Shown here piece by piece: positions 53,136-64,000 of a DNA stretch of 64,000 bases. Source of the stretch: Vicugna vicugna (taxonomy: Eukaryota); assembly GCA_013265495.1 (NCBI GenBank), contig MU061579.1, forward strand, positions 5,516,963-5,580,962. Reading direction: 5' to 3'. Each line of letters opens with the position of its first letter. The stretch's first letter is position 1. Below the pieces are notes generated by a model, which ran no database searches, was not told the DNA's origin, and saw nothing but the letters and a program-made list of their open reading frames with translations. The position numbers and the translations under genes were made by a program.

Positions 53136-53852
53136 CCCTTCATGTTGCATTTATCATCTATAAATGGCTTTTCTCCACTTGTCATTGATCACTCAAAACA
53201 GCTCCTGTCTTAGAAGGATGGTGTAAAATGTTTGCAGGATTATCAGCTGTGATCAGTAGGCAGAATAAAAGGTAAATACAGAAAAATAAAATTTAGCCAG
53301 AAATGACTCCCTGTAAAGTCTGTTGATTTTTTAGCTTGACCACAAGTGTATTCTTAAAATACCTTCAAGCAACACAGGCAGAATTATCTGAAGGACAATC
53401 AACACTGGAGAACACAATATAAGGAAAATAAAATATTCCAAGGGTTAAATGAAATTCACATTAAAAACATGAAATTTTATATGACTAAAATATTATATAG
53501 CATTATTTTGAAAATATAGAGTTTAAGGAAAGTTTTAAATAAAGGAGAAGTGTCTTGTTGTAGAATCATAATGAAGTTAGGCTGTTTTTGCTGGAGCGTT
53601 AGCAAAATGATACTTTCTTGGGACTACAGTGTCAGTCTTGCCATAAGAAGGTCATTTTTTAATTACTAATCTGTAAGATAGAAAGCATTTTGATTCACTT
53701 TCTCTGGTCCAGAGAAGTGGCAGTTTGAGTCTTTATTTTTTTGGACCTCCCTAAAATATTTTTTTAAAGTTTAACCATCAAGGTTATAGTTTTTTGGTTT
53801 GTTTTTTTTTTTGGTTTCTGTTTTTTTTTTTTTAATTTTTTATTTTTAAGGA

Positions 53853-54224
53853 NNNNNNNNNNNNNNNNNNNNNNNNNNNNNNNNNNNNNNNNNNNNNNNN
53901 NNNNNNNNNNNNNNNNNNNNNNNNNNNNNNNNNNNNNNNNNNNNNNNNNNNNNNNNNNNNNNNNNNNNNNNNNNNNNNNNNNNNNNNNNNNNNNNNNNNN
54001 NNNNNNNNNNNNNNNNNNNNNNNNNNNNNNNNNNNNNNNNNNNNNNNNNNNNNNNNNNNNNNNNNNNNNNNNNNNNNNNNNNNNNNNNNNNNNNNNNNNN
54101 NNNNNNNNNNNNNNNNNNNNNNNNNNNNNNNNNNNNNNNNNNNNNNNNNNNNNNNNNNNNNNNNNNNNNNNNNNNNNNNNNNNNNNNNNNNNNNNNNNNN
54201 NNNNNNNNNNNNNNNNNNNNNNNN
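53853..54224. other. Assembly gap (372 N)
   Basis: Run of N characters. Confidence 0.99.
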
Positions 54225-57048
54225 TTCTGTTTTTTTTTTTTTAATTTCTTATATTGAAGGACTTCTCCCTACCTGATTATATTTTTTTATACTTCTTAAA
54301 ATCAAAAAGCATCTTAGCATATTATTTTCCTACTTCATATAAGCAATAGGGAATGAACCATTTTGGAGCCAAACCTACTTATTCCAATTCATTTTATTTA
54401 AGTACTTTTTAATATATACACATTTTTTTCCTACAAGAGAATGTATGCTATTTGCATTTTGAATGCTTATGTTTTATTAACCTATTTAGGAGTTTAACGT
54501 CATAATTACTGTATTTGATATATCAACTTTTGTACCAAATAACATCAAGGACTTTTATAAATTTAATTTTATGTCCTACATATGTTTTCATTCTTGAGTG
54601 GTAAGAAGTCTCATTTAAGTTATGAATTTTTATTATACTTTAGAATATTCACATTGTTCTCAACTCAGTCATTGATATGTGCATCTTTTATTTTAGTTCT
54701 GGTCATTAGAAATATTAACCAAAAGTTGTTGTCATTTTGTTTTTCTGTATTTTTCCTCAGAATTGTCACTTTGCAAAGTAACCATGAATAAGAAAATATT
54801 TTTAAGTACCAAAGCAGCAATATTACTATTCAAAAAAATTTTTTTTCAGAGGCAGTTGACCATCATGAGTAAGGTGAGTTGAAATTGCCAAAAACTAGTA
54901 ATATTGTACTAAATCTTGGTTCTGTAATCTTGTAACCTAAAAATCCATGAGTTTCAGTTTCCCCCTTTATAAATTGAGATGTGCAAACCAGGTATTCCAC
55001 AAAATCTCTTTAAAAGCTGGCTTCTTAAGATCTAATTAAACTCATTTAGGGTGTTTTAAATAAGAGGCCTTCTGTATTGAATTTTTTCCTACTGCATAAA
55101 CTTGATTTCTCAAATACGGCATTTATTATTTCTCATTTATGAGCAAGAGTAAAGAGTAAATAAAAACTATAACCTGCAAAGCACATTTTTTAGTATATTG
55201 CATTGAATTTTGCAACTAAATAAATACAAATTTCACCTCTATTTCCCTTCTTCCATCTTTACTTCATTATTCCTCCATAAAACCTATTAGCCACATGTTC
55301 TGCTATGTTTTCTTGAGTTTTTCCAACATTAGCAGAAGTAATATGCATAGTTTTGTAACACATCATTGATTCCTGAAAACAATAAGATGTGCTTAATTAC
55401 TTGTGTAATTGTGCTGAGCACCATTTAGAACTTAATGCAACCACATTTTTTGGTTTGGCTTTTACAGTTACAGTATAAATACATTTCTTTCAAATGAAAG
55501 ATACTCCTTTCAAATAATGTCTTGGGTGGCAGACCTTTCAAACTGAACTATTTATGTCACACAGAGTGAACTGCAGGAGAGCTCAAATCCTACACTTGAC
55601 TTTCCTTTACCACCAACAGTGCTTTGCTCAACCAATTTACTCTGAGTCTCTCTGTCTTTATTATAAAACACAGATAATGATCTTTGCTTTGTATGACTTA
55701 TGGGATTACTCTCAGGATCAAAGGAACCACTGGATTTGAAAATACATTATGAACTATAAAATAAGATGTTTTATTCACATTGAAATGCCACCTTTTTGGG
55801 TGCCTCTTCTTTAAATCATATAGACGTGCTCTATCTCTTCACCATACAGGGCTCATATGAAAACTGTGGGTAATTATAATTTCTGTTTTGAAAAGTTGTA
55901 AATGGAAATGTAAGTTTTCTGCTTTAAAAACTCACTGTTCAGCAGTCATATATTTATTTTCCTGTCACTTCTGTTTTTATTTGTTCTCACACAAAACTGT
56001 AGCTAGCAGAAATATTTGGAAGTTTGATGAAATGTATTTTGTGAATAAAGAGTGACTTCAGTATGGGTAGAAAACTTTGAATATTTTAAAATATTTAATA
56101 TTTTGACATAGAAAATCTTCTCCCAAGCTCCTTGGAAGCTTCTGCTTGTCTCGTAACAAGGCCAAATAAACCCGAACCTTCTTGCTCTAAACTGAAAGTC
56201 CGTCTTAGAGTCACATGAGTTTGCCCCCCCCCAAAACACTGAAGAATGATACAAAACCATGATTAACTCTTGGTTCAAATATACAGTTATAAAATAAGAT
56301 GGAAAAAAATTCTACAGAGTGAAATTGACCTTTTCTTGATACTTATTTGACTAAATAAGTTCTGGGTTTTCATCTGGGTAAAACAACCCCACACTATCGG
56401 TTTGCTTAAAGCCATAAAATCATTTATGGCAAGATGCTAATGTGCTGGAACCAACACAACTCTCATAGGTCTCAAATCATCTCACTCTCGGAAATGCATT
56501 TTCATTAATTAGGACATCTTCTGAATTGTCCACTCAAGTTGCACTTGCCCTTCTTTGGCTTTTACTTTTCATCTAGTGTTGCCTCAGCAAAACTGGACTT
56601 CACACTTGTCCTATGTCTTACATTTAGAATCATTTTTTTTTCTTTTTCATTGATCCTTGCCTTCAGTTTGAAAATATGTCTATCATCTACTCTCTTTCTC
56701 CCATTTCTCTTTCCTCCCGCTACCCAGATCATGGTAACCGTATGACTAACAGCAGAGCAGTATAGATACAATAATACTTCTTGGAATCCAAGAGAGTGAG
56801 CCTTCTCCCCTCGGAAGAACGTTCCTCCAGGGTAGTTTCTTGTCTCATTCTACAGGTACTGATTCCAAATTTCTATTAAACTTTATCGTCTGAAATAACA
56901 AATGTGTATGTATTTCATGTCTAGTATATACAAAGTTTAAAAGCATTATCCTATTCTATGATGATTATGGTTGTAGTAACTTGTAGTGCACGAAACATGG
57001 ACTAGAAATTTTCCTTTGTTTAAGGAAGAGGATGTATGATGTACTGGT

Positions 57049-57468
57049 TGTATTAGTTTTCTAGGGCTCCTGTTAACACGGCACCACAAACTGAATGGCT
57101 TAAACGACGGAAATTTGTTGTCTCAAGGTGGTGATAGGGCTGATTTTTTCCTGAGAGCCATCACTGGGTATCTGTTCTATGACTCTCTCTATATTTGCTG
57201 CTGATTTTTGACGTTCCTTGGTGTGTAGAAGCATTACCCCAATCTTCGGTTCATCTTCACATGGTGTTCTTGTGTGTATCTATCTCCAGTTTTCTGTTTT
57301 TGTAAGGACATCAGTCCTATTAGATTAGAGGTCCACATTACTCCAGTATCACCGTATCTTAACTGTATCTACAATGACTTTGTTTCTAATAAGTTCACAT
57401 TCTGTGGTACTGGGATTTAAGACTTCAATGTATGATTGGGGAATCCAGACACAATTCAACCCATAACC
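57049..57468 (-). mobile_element. MaLR MLT1 (A/B/C-type) solo LTR, ~420 bp
   Basis: 'tgtattagttttctagggct...ccacaaactgaatggcttaaac' through 'gacacaattcaacccataac'. Perfect 5-bp TSD CTGGT (57044-57048 / 57469-57473). Confidence 0.9.
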
Positions 57469-58199
57469 CTGGTAGTTAAAAAAATATTTTACCTTATTGT
57501 AGCCAAGTGCATTTTTTAAATTCCCATTTGAAAAATAAAAAATAACTGTGAATAATATTGTCATAGAGAGAATTCATTGAAAGGATAATAGATACTTGAA
57601 GGAATTGTCAGAAAGTTTCCAGAAAGCTTGCTCAGAGCTGGGAGAAGACATGAGAAACTCTAAAAGCCAGAAACAGAGACAATATCAGGCCACATAATAG
57701 TTAAGAAAGGACCACAAGTGCAGCTGAATGCTGACATCGTGCACTTACCAGCACCACACTGGGGCTCAAATTTGGTAGCTTACACCGCTGCCTTTTGAAA
57801 CTGGATTAACTGTCATTGCTGCTGCTGCTTTAAGTCTCTAGCTTCTGATTCAGATTTTTGATTTAGCAAATTCATGGCCAGGTCTAGACATTGTGTCCAA
57901 ACTTTGGCATTCTGAAAGGCTAGATAAAACATTTCATCTTCTGCAGTGGGAGGTGGGCTCCTGTCCCAGTAAGACACGCGTATTGGGAAATTCTGGAAAT
58001 GTATTACTGGGATTTATAGGCTGGACAACCTGGGACTGGCAGATGTACTCAATAAGGTGCTGTCAATATTTGTTTCCTTGTGGTTTTTGAGAGTGTACTT
58101 AATATAAAATAAATAAATATTAAAAGAATGTCTATGGAGAGGAGTGTTAGAAGAGGGTGAAGTATGTTGTCATTGGGGCAAATAATAGTGAAATAAACA

Positions 58200-58930
58200 A
58201 AAAAATTCAAAGGTAAGAGACTTTCCTATGAGTTGGGCATTGAAATGAGGGTTGGGACTTAAAGAAGCAGAGGGGGAGGCAAGGCACCTGATAAAAGACA
58301 TGACACTGAGGGAAGAATGAACGGGACATCTTTGGGGTAAAAGTGATTTACAATTTTAGTTGAAGTAATGCATTTATATAAGTGAATGATGGAATGGTAG
58401 AATGATCTCCATTTGGCCAGATCATTTATGGTCTTGCATGTCAAGGGAAAAGGGTTTGAATATTATTCCAAAGAGAATGAGATGTTATTCAAGAGAAGGG
58501 AGAGGCATATTTAGGAAGAGTATTCTAACATACAATATTTTGCATAGTGGAGTTTTGCAGGCATGAAACCAGGTAGCAGAAAATGCAATAGCTATGAAAC
58601 ATGACTGTAATCAATGTAGCATTTTGGAAAGAGAGCAAAATGCTCAAACCTGTGAAATTTTACAAAGGAAAGCTAATAGAACTTGGTAGAGGAATAAAGC
58701 ACTCCAAGGTTGTAAGCCTGTATGACTAGAAGAAATGTAGTTTTTTTGGCATATACAAGAAATAAGGCAGGGAAAATATCTTGTGGTCAAATATTGGTGT
58801 ATTTTAAATGCTGTGTTTAAAATGGTAGCAGAATATTCAGAAGAAACATATTCATACAAAAATAAAAGCCGTAAACTCAAAAGAAATGACCAAGCTGAAC
58901 ACACAGGTTTTGGAGACATTTACAGAGACA
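58200..58930 (-). mobile_element. Decayed L2-like fragment
   Basis: Purine-rich; 'ggccagatcattt..ggtcttg', 'gtttgaatattattccaaagagaatgagatg'. Confidence 0.45.
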
Positions 58931-59251
58931 AACAACTTTATTTGCAGGGTACAGAGAAATGAACAGGCTCAAAATCATTAGAGGTCATGCATCTAAAGCC
59001 AGGATGTGTCAATTTGATACTATTCATGAATTCTCATAACCTGAATTTTACAAAATAAATCATTGCTCATGATAATGATGAATTGTATTATTTATCATAT
59101 ATTCTAATTCTATGAATTATTTTTATGTTTTATATAAGCTATGTTTATTAAGCAATACATTACATTCCCAAGCAATTCAGGACATTATCTAACTTCGCTA
59201 TGTACATGTTTGTTCATATAACTTTTGTTATGAACTACAATTGAAATTAAG

Positions 59252-60096
59252 TATCACCTCACACCAGTCCGAATGGCCATCATTCAAAAGTCACAAATGA
59301 CAAATGCTGGAGAGGCTGTGGAGAAAAGGGAACCATCCTACACTGTTGGTGGGAATGCAGTTTGGTGCAGCCATTATTGAAAACAGTATGGAGGTTCCTC
59401 AGAAGGATAAAAATAGACTTACCATATGATCCAGCAATCCCACTCCTGGGCATATAACTAGAGGGAACCTTAATTCAAAAAGACACATGCACCCCAATAT
59501 TCATAACAGAACTATTTACAGTAGCCAAGACATGGAAACAACCTAAATGTCCATGGACAGATGACTGGATGAAGAAGCTGTGGTGCATATATATATATAT
59601 ATACTACTCAGCCATAAAAACCAATAAAATAATGCCATTTGCAGCAACATGGAAGGGCCTGGAGATTGTCATTCTAAGTGAAGTAAGCCAGAAATAGAAA
59701 GAAAAGTACCATATGATATCACTCATATGTGGAAGTAAAAACAAAACATAAATGAACTTATTGACAAAACAGAAACAGACTCACAGACATAGAACATAAA
59801 CTTAACAGTAGCTAGGGGGAAGAGGATGGAAGGGATAAACTGAAAGTTTGAGATTTGCAGATACTAACTAATATATATATATATATATATTTATAGTATA
59901 TATAAATAGATAAACAACAAGTTTATACTGTAATGCACAGGGAACTATATTCAATATCTTATAGTAACTTATGGTGAAAAAGTATATGAAAACAAATATA
60001 TATATGTTCATGTATGACTGAAGCATTGTGCGGTACACCAGAAATTGACACAACAATGTAAACTAACTATACTTCAATAAAAAAAAATACAAAAAC
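59252..60096 (+). mobile_element. 5'-truncated L1 (ORF2 C-terminus, 3' UTR, poly(A)), lineage-recent
   Basis: Translates to the ORF2 C-terminal remnant [11 protein letters not shown]...[19 protein letters not shown]...[11 protein letters not shown], with a frameshift and a stop. AATAAA plus A tail at ~60076-60095; candidate TSD aattaag (59245-59251 / 60097-60103). Confidence 0.95.
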
Positions 60097-60849
60097 AATT
60101 AAGAATCTTACCATGGTTCAGATCTTCAATATCAATAGCTGTGGTATCAAGCTGTGATATAAATGATACTAATTTTTTCTCACTAGTCATCTTCAGTCTA
60201 ATTCATATCCAGGTAGTGTATGAAATATGCAATAATCTGTTTTTTCCATTGTGAAAATCAGTGTGTTTAATTATGTAACATAACCACCAAAACTCACGTT
60301 AGAAAAGTTACAAATATAGGAAATATAAAAGCATAAATTCAGAATATGTTTGCATTTCAATTTCAAGTTTTCCTTGTTGAAGGTTGTGGAAAATTACGTT
60401 TGTTTATTAGTGTTCATTATTCTGAATCAAAGAAGCAAGTCAAATTAGTTTTGCTCAATGCAAGTCTAAAAGAGTCTCTGATCGTTACTTCATAATAATA
60501 GTGGTGCGTTGAAAACATATCTTGACTGATGCAAATTATAAATAAACCTTATACGCCAAAAATTAAGTTGCTTACTTTCTGTTTTGCTTTCCAAAAGTAA
60601 CCTCATTTCTCTAAATCTTATTTGCCTCTTTGGTAAAATGTAATGGTTTGTGGGATTATTGTAAGCATAAAATATAAGTAGAAAATAGTCTGTAAATTAT
60701 AAAATAGATGATAGGGTTCACCCAAACAAATAACTTAAAACCAAATATCATAAAAACAGAAATGAAAACTTTCCATTGACCTCATAGGTGGCCATAGAGA
60801 TAAATGTCTATTAAAAATTACTTATACCTATTTTATTTACCTCTCACCT

Positions 60850-62335
60850 CTTTGTCATTTTCAACCTACCCTACTCTAGCTAATGTCCCCAGCATTACAC
60901 TGAAACTGGCCTAGAGTCTAGACAATGCACCCGATGGCATTCTCATCGCAAAATTTAAGAAAGCCTGCCATGTCAAGGGAGAGCTTGCGGAAATTTTAGC
61001 CCCTGTCTTTTCCTCCATCACCTCCTCATCAAGCCATAGTAAATGAACATATATAATCTAAGTAAAACTGGTCTTCTCTTTCCCTCCAATCACATACTCT
61101 TGACTTTCTTTAAAGCTCTCCTATGTAAAAATTCTAGAGCTATTACTGTAAGCATTTTCTCCTTCATGAAATGCATATTTCTCTTGCTTTCTGCAACACC
61201 ACTATCTTTGGAGTTTCTCGGACGTGCGTGGCTGCTCCTTCATAGTTATTTTTGCTGAACATTGCTGTTTCAACAGGCATCTAAATACTGGAACTCTTTA
61301 GAACTTAAGTTTAAGTCTTCTCTCTCATCTATATTCTTTCCCAAGATGATCATATACATTTGGGTTTTCTGCCAACTGTATGCTGATTATTCCCAAATTT
61401 ATATAGTTAGTATAGAACTATTTCTTGAATTCCACAGTTAAGATCAACTTCTTATTTGGTAGTTTTGCTTGAAATATCAGGTGCATTTTCATTTATCATT
61501 TCCAAAATTTGACAGTTTTCTCTCAAAACTTGTTTTCTTTCCAACTTTCTCATACCAGTAAATGTTAGTTCTACCAAAGTCAAAATACTGAGAATCATTC
61601 TTGCCTTTTTTTGTTCATTTGCTCTCCACATCTATTCATCAGTAACTTTATTTGTACTACTTAAAAGAATCTCAACTGCAACCATTTCTCCCCATTTCTA
61701 CTGCCAACTACTCTGTCTACTTCTACTCCTTCTTCTTTGGCCAGTTCCCTACATAACAACCAAATGAAATTTTGAATAATACCCCTTGGTCATAATATGC
61801 TTAAGTTTTCCAACTGTCTTCATGTTTTCAAAAGCCATGGGTGATTATCCCCTGCTTATCTCCCCAGCTTTAACTAGTGCCATTGTTTTGACTCAGCTGC
61901 TGAAGTCTTTCTTTCAGTCTTTATAAAGATACTAGTTTCTTTCCTGATCGAGGGCTTTTGCACATGCTGCCATTTCTGTCATGAAATCAAGCAGTCCACA
62001 CACCGACACATCATCTTACTAACTCTCTCTTACCGTCTCTAGATGTCTCCTTTTAATTCGGGCACCATTTTGTCACCTCCGATGAAAGACCTTTCCCAAC
62101 TCTTTCATAGATATAGATACAGATATAGATATAGATATAGATCCCATATGGTTTCTTATAAATTTATATATTTCTTATGATACTTGCTGTGAAAATCTAT
62201 TTATATGCCTATTTGTTCTTTTAATCATTTCGTGTCTTTCTTTACTACTTTAACTGTACACCTGAAGAGAGCAAGGCCCTCTACACATCTAACAGTTACT
62301 TCAATGCCTGGTACGTAGTACACTCATTTGTCAAG
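60850..62335 (+). mobile_element. Long decayed L2 fragment
   Basis: Pyrimidine-rich L2 motifs 'tcccaaatttatat', 'ccacatctattcatcag', 'agggcttttgcacatgctg', 'aatgcctggtacgtagta'. Confidence 0.6.
62107..62142. repeat. (ATATAG)n microsatellite
   Basis: About 6 units of atatag with one atacag variant. Confidence 0.9.
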
Positions 62336-64000
62336 TTTACATAGAAAAGAGAATAATCAAGGATGTTAAATGATGAACTCTAACTAATAATAGTTTTCTA
62401 TATTTGGCAATATACCAAGGAAGAAAATATATTGACACCTATGGCTAAAGAAATTTAGGCCATTCATGTATTCATTCACACACACACAAAAATTATTTTA
62501 TTTTACTTTTTACCACAATATCTTAAACATAGTTACTAGTTTATAAGTATTTTCATTTCATATAACAACCTGTTATCTGTATAGAATTATTACATTTAAT
62601 GTGTGGATGACAAATCTAAAATTTGAAATAGATGAATGTTTTTTTCAAGATAATGGAATTAACCACAATAGAAAAAGGAATCTTGCTTGATCCTTTGGGT
62701 TCTGAAGGCAGGTAAAAAGGAAACCACCTCAGGTGATTAAATTTCAAATAGAAGGCTCTACTCATCTGTACGTTATAATTAACTTTGTCATTTCTCCATT
62801 AAGCTCTCTTTAATTTAAAAAACTGACTTCTCTGTGAAAAGGTCAGCATATCTTTTTTCCTCCTCACTTCATTTCTGCCATCCCTTCAAGTCTGAGTGCA
62901 AACTTACGTTACTTGGAAAAGCTCAAGTGAAAACTGTTTCTCACGGCTTCTTATACAAAAGTGATGTCACTGAAGTATTAAAAAAGTTGGACATGTATCA
63001 TGTACTCAACTTGAAAACATATGTGCAGTTTAGCTACAATATTTAAAAAATTATTTGTGATATAAACTCCACTAAAATTTTCCCTAAAAAGAAGATATTT
63101 CAATCAAAGAAACTGCAAAAGTATAATTCTTTAGATACATTCATTGCTAATTGTGAGTGCTGTCATATTTTAAAATCAATTCACTAGTATAACATCCCAC
63201 ATTGCACATTATTTGGACCCAAACTGATACACAGCATCTACATGACAAAAATGAAAGTAGCATATTAATGTTAATTAATCTGAATAATTATCTCTTGTGT
63301 ATGATGGGTCATAAACATCATTTGTGATTTAATTTTATATAAATCAGGGTGAATATAGTGCATAAATGTTAGGAAAATGATGAAGAATAATATTTTCATG
63401 GTTGCAGTGAGTTTACTGTTTAGCAGATGAGGAGGAGGAAAATGGGAGTAGTTTACTTCCCGTAGTTTTAATAAAACATATGGAAATATATGAAAATGAA
63501 TGTTTTCATTAATTATTGGTAAAAATAATGGGGATAATGTTCTCCTTCTCCTTGGACAAGATTATATCAAATACTTGTCTCTGACAGTACCAAATAATTA
63601 TTGAAGTGTCATACATCTATAAAATGCTATGAGTATAAAGGAAATTTCATCCAAATTAAAGTAGCCAGTTCATTGCTTCCCTCTGTTATGTATTATGTGT
63701 CATTTGCACCAACATTGGAAAAGCCAAGATAAAAAGTCAAAGTATGATATGAATGTATGCCTTTTCTCTCTCTTAATGACCCACATTTTCCCACTTGAAT
63801 TGTATCCCTTTCCATCCCCAAATCATTTCCTATATATAAAGCATCTTAAAACTGCTTATTCTCTAAAACTCATCTTTGAATTCACTTTTCTTTTTTCCTC
63901 ATTTCCATTTACAATCAACTGAGTTAACAATTAGTTATATAAAATCTCCTTCAGTTTCATTCTGATTGAAAAAAATGAATAATGTATGTTTCCAGCACAG

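Noticed and set aside
59252..59700. Functional L1 ORF2
   Set aside because: 5'-truncated, frameshifted, contains an in-frame stop and is interrupted by a (TA)n run.
1..64000. Remaining 60-135 aa ORFs as genes
   Set aside because: Their F/L/I/K-rich composition is typical of random AT-rich DNA. Many use non-ATG starts or overlap repeats.

Overview
AT-rich mammalian genomic DNA, most likely camelid (alpaca/camel lineage), judged from a tRNA-derived Vic-1-type SINE at ~11.5 kb. I find no credible protein-coding sequence: the ORFs in the track are short and low-complexity or overlap repeats. The window reads as intronic or intergenic DNA filled with transposon fossils: solo ERV1 LTRs with target-site duplications (TSDs), MaLR and MER21 LTRs, L1 and L2 fragments, and MIRs. 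Other features are a candidate promoter and non-coding first exon of an unidentified minus-strand gene at ~1.1-1.5 kb, a strong CTCF motif, a 189-bp tandem duplication and a 372-N assembly gap. The most unusual element is a ~170-bp poly(A)-tailed insertion at 21.5 kb. It matches the predicted TSS-to-polyA (R) segment of an LTR family that also has a complete solo copy at 49.8-50.4 kb, which suggests an LTR-derived, SINE-like retroposon. Repeat family names come from pattern recognition, not a database search.
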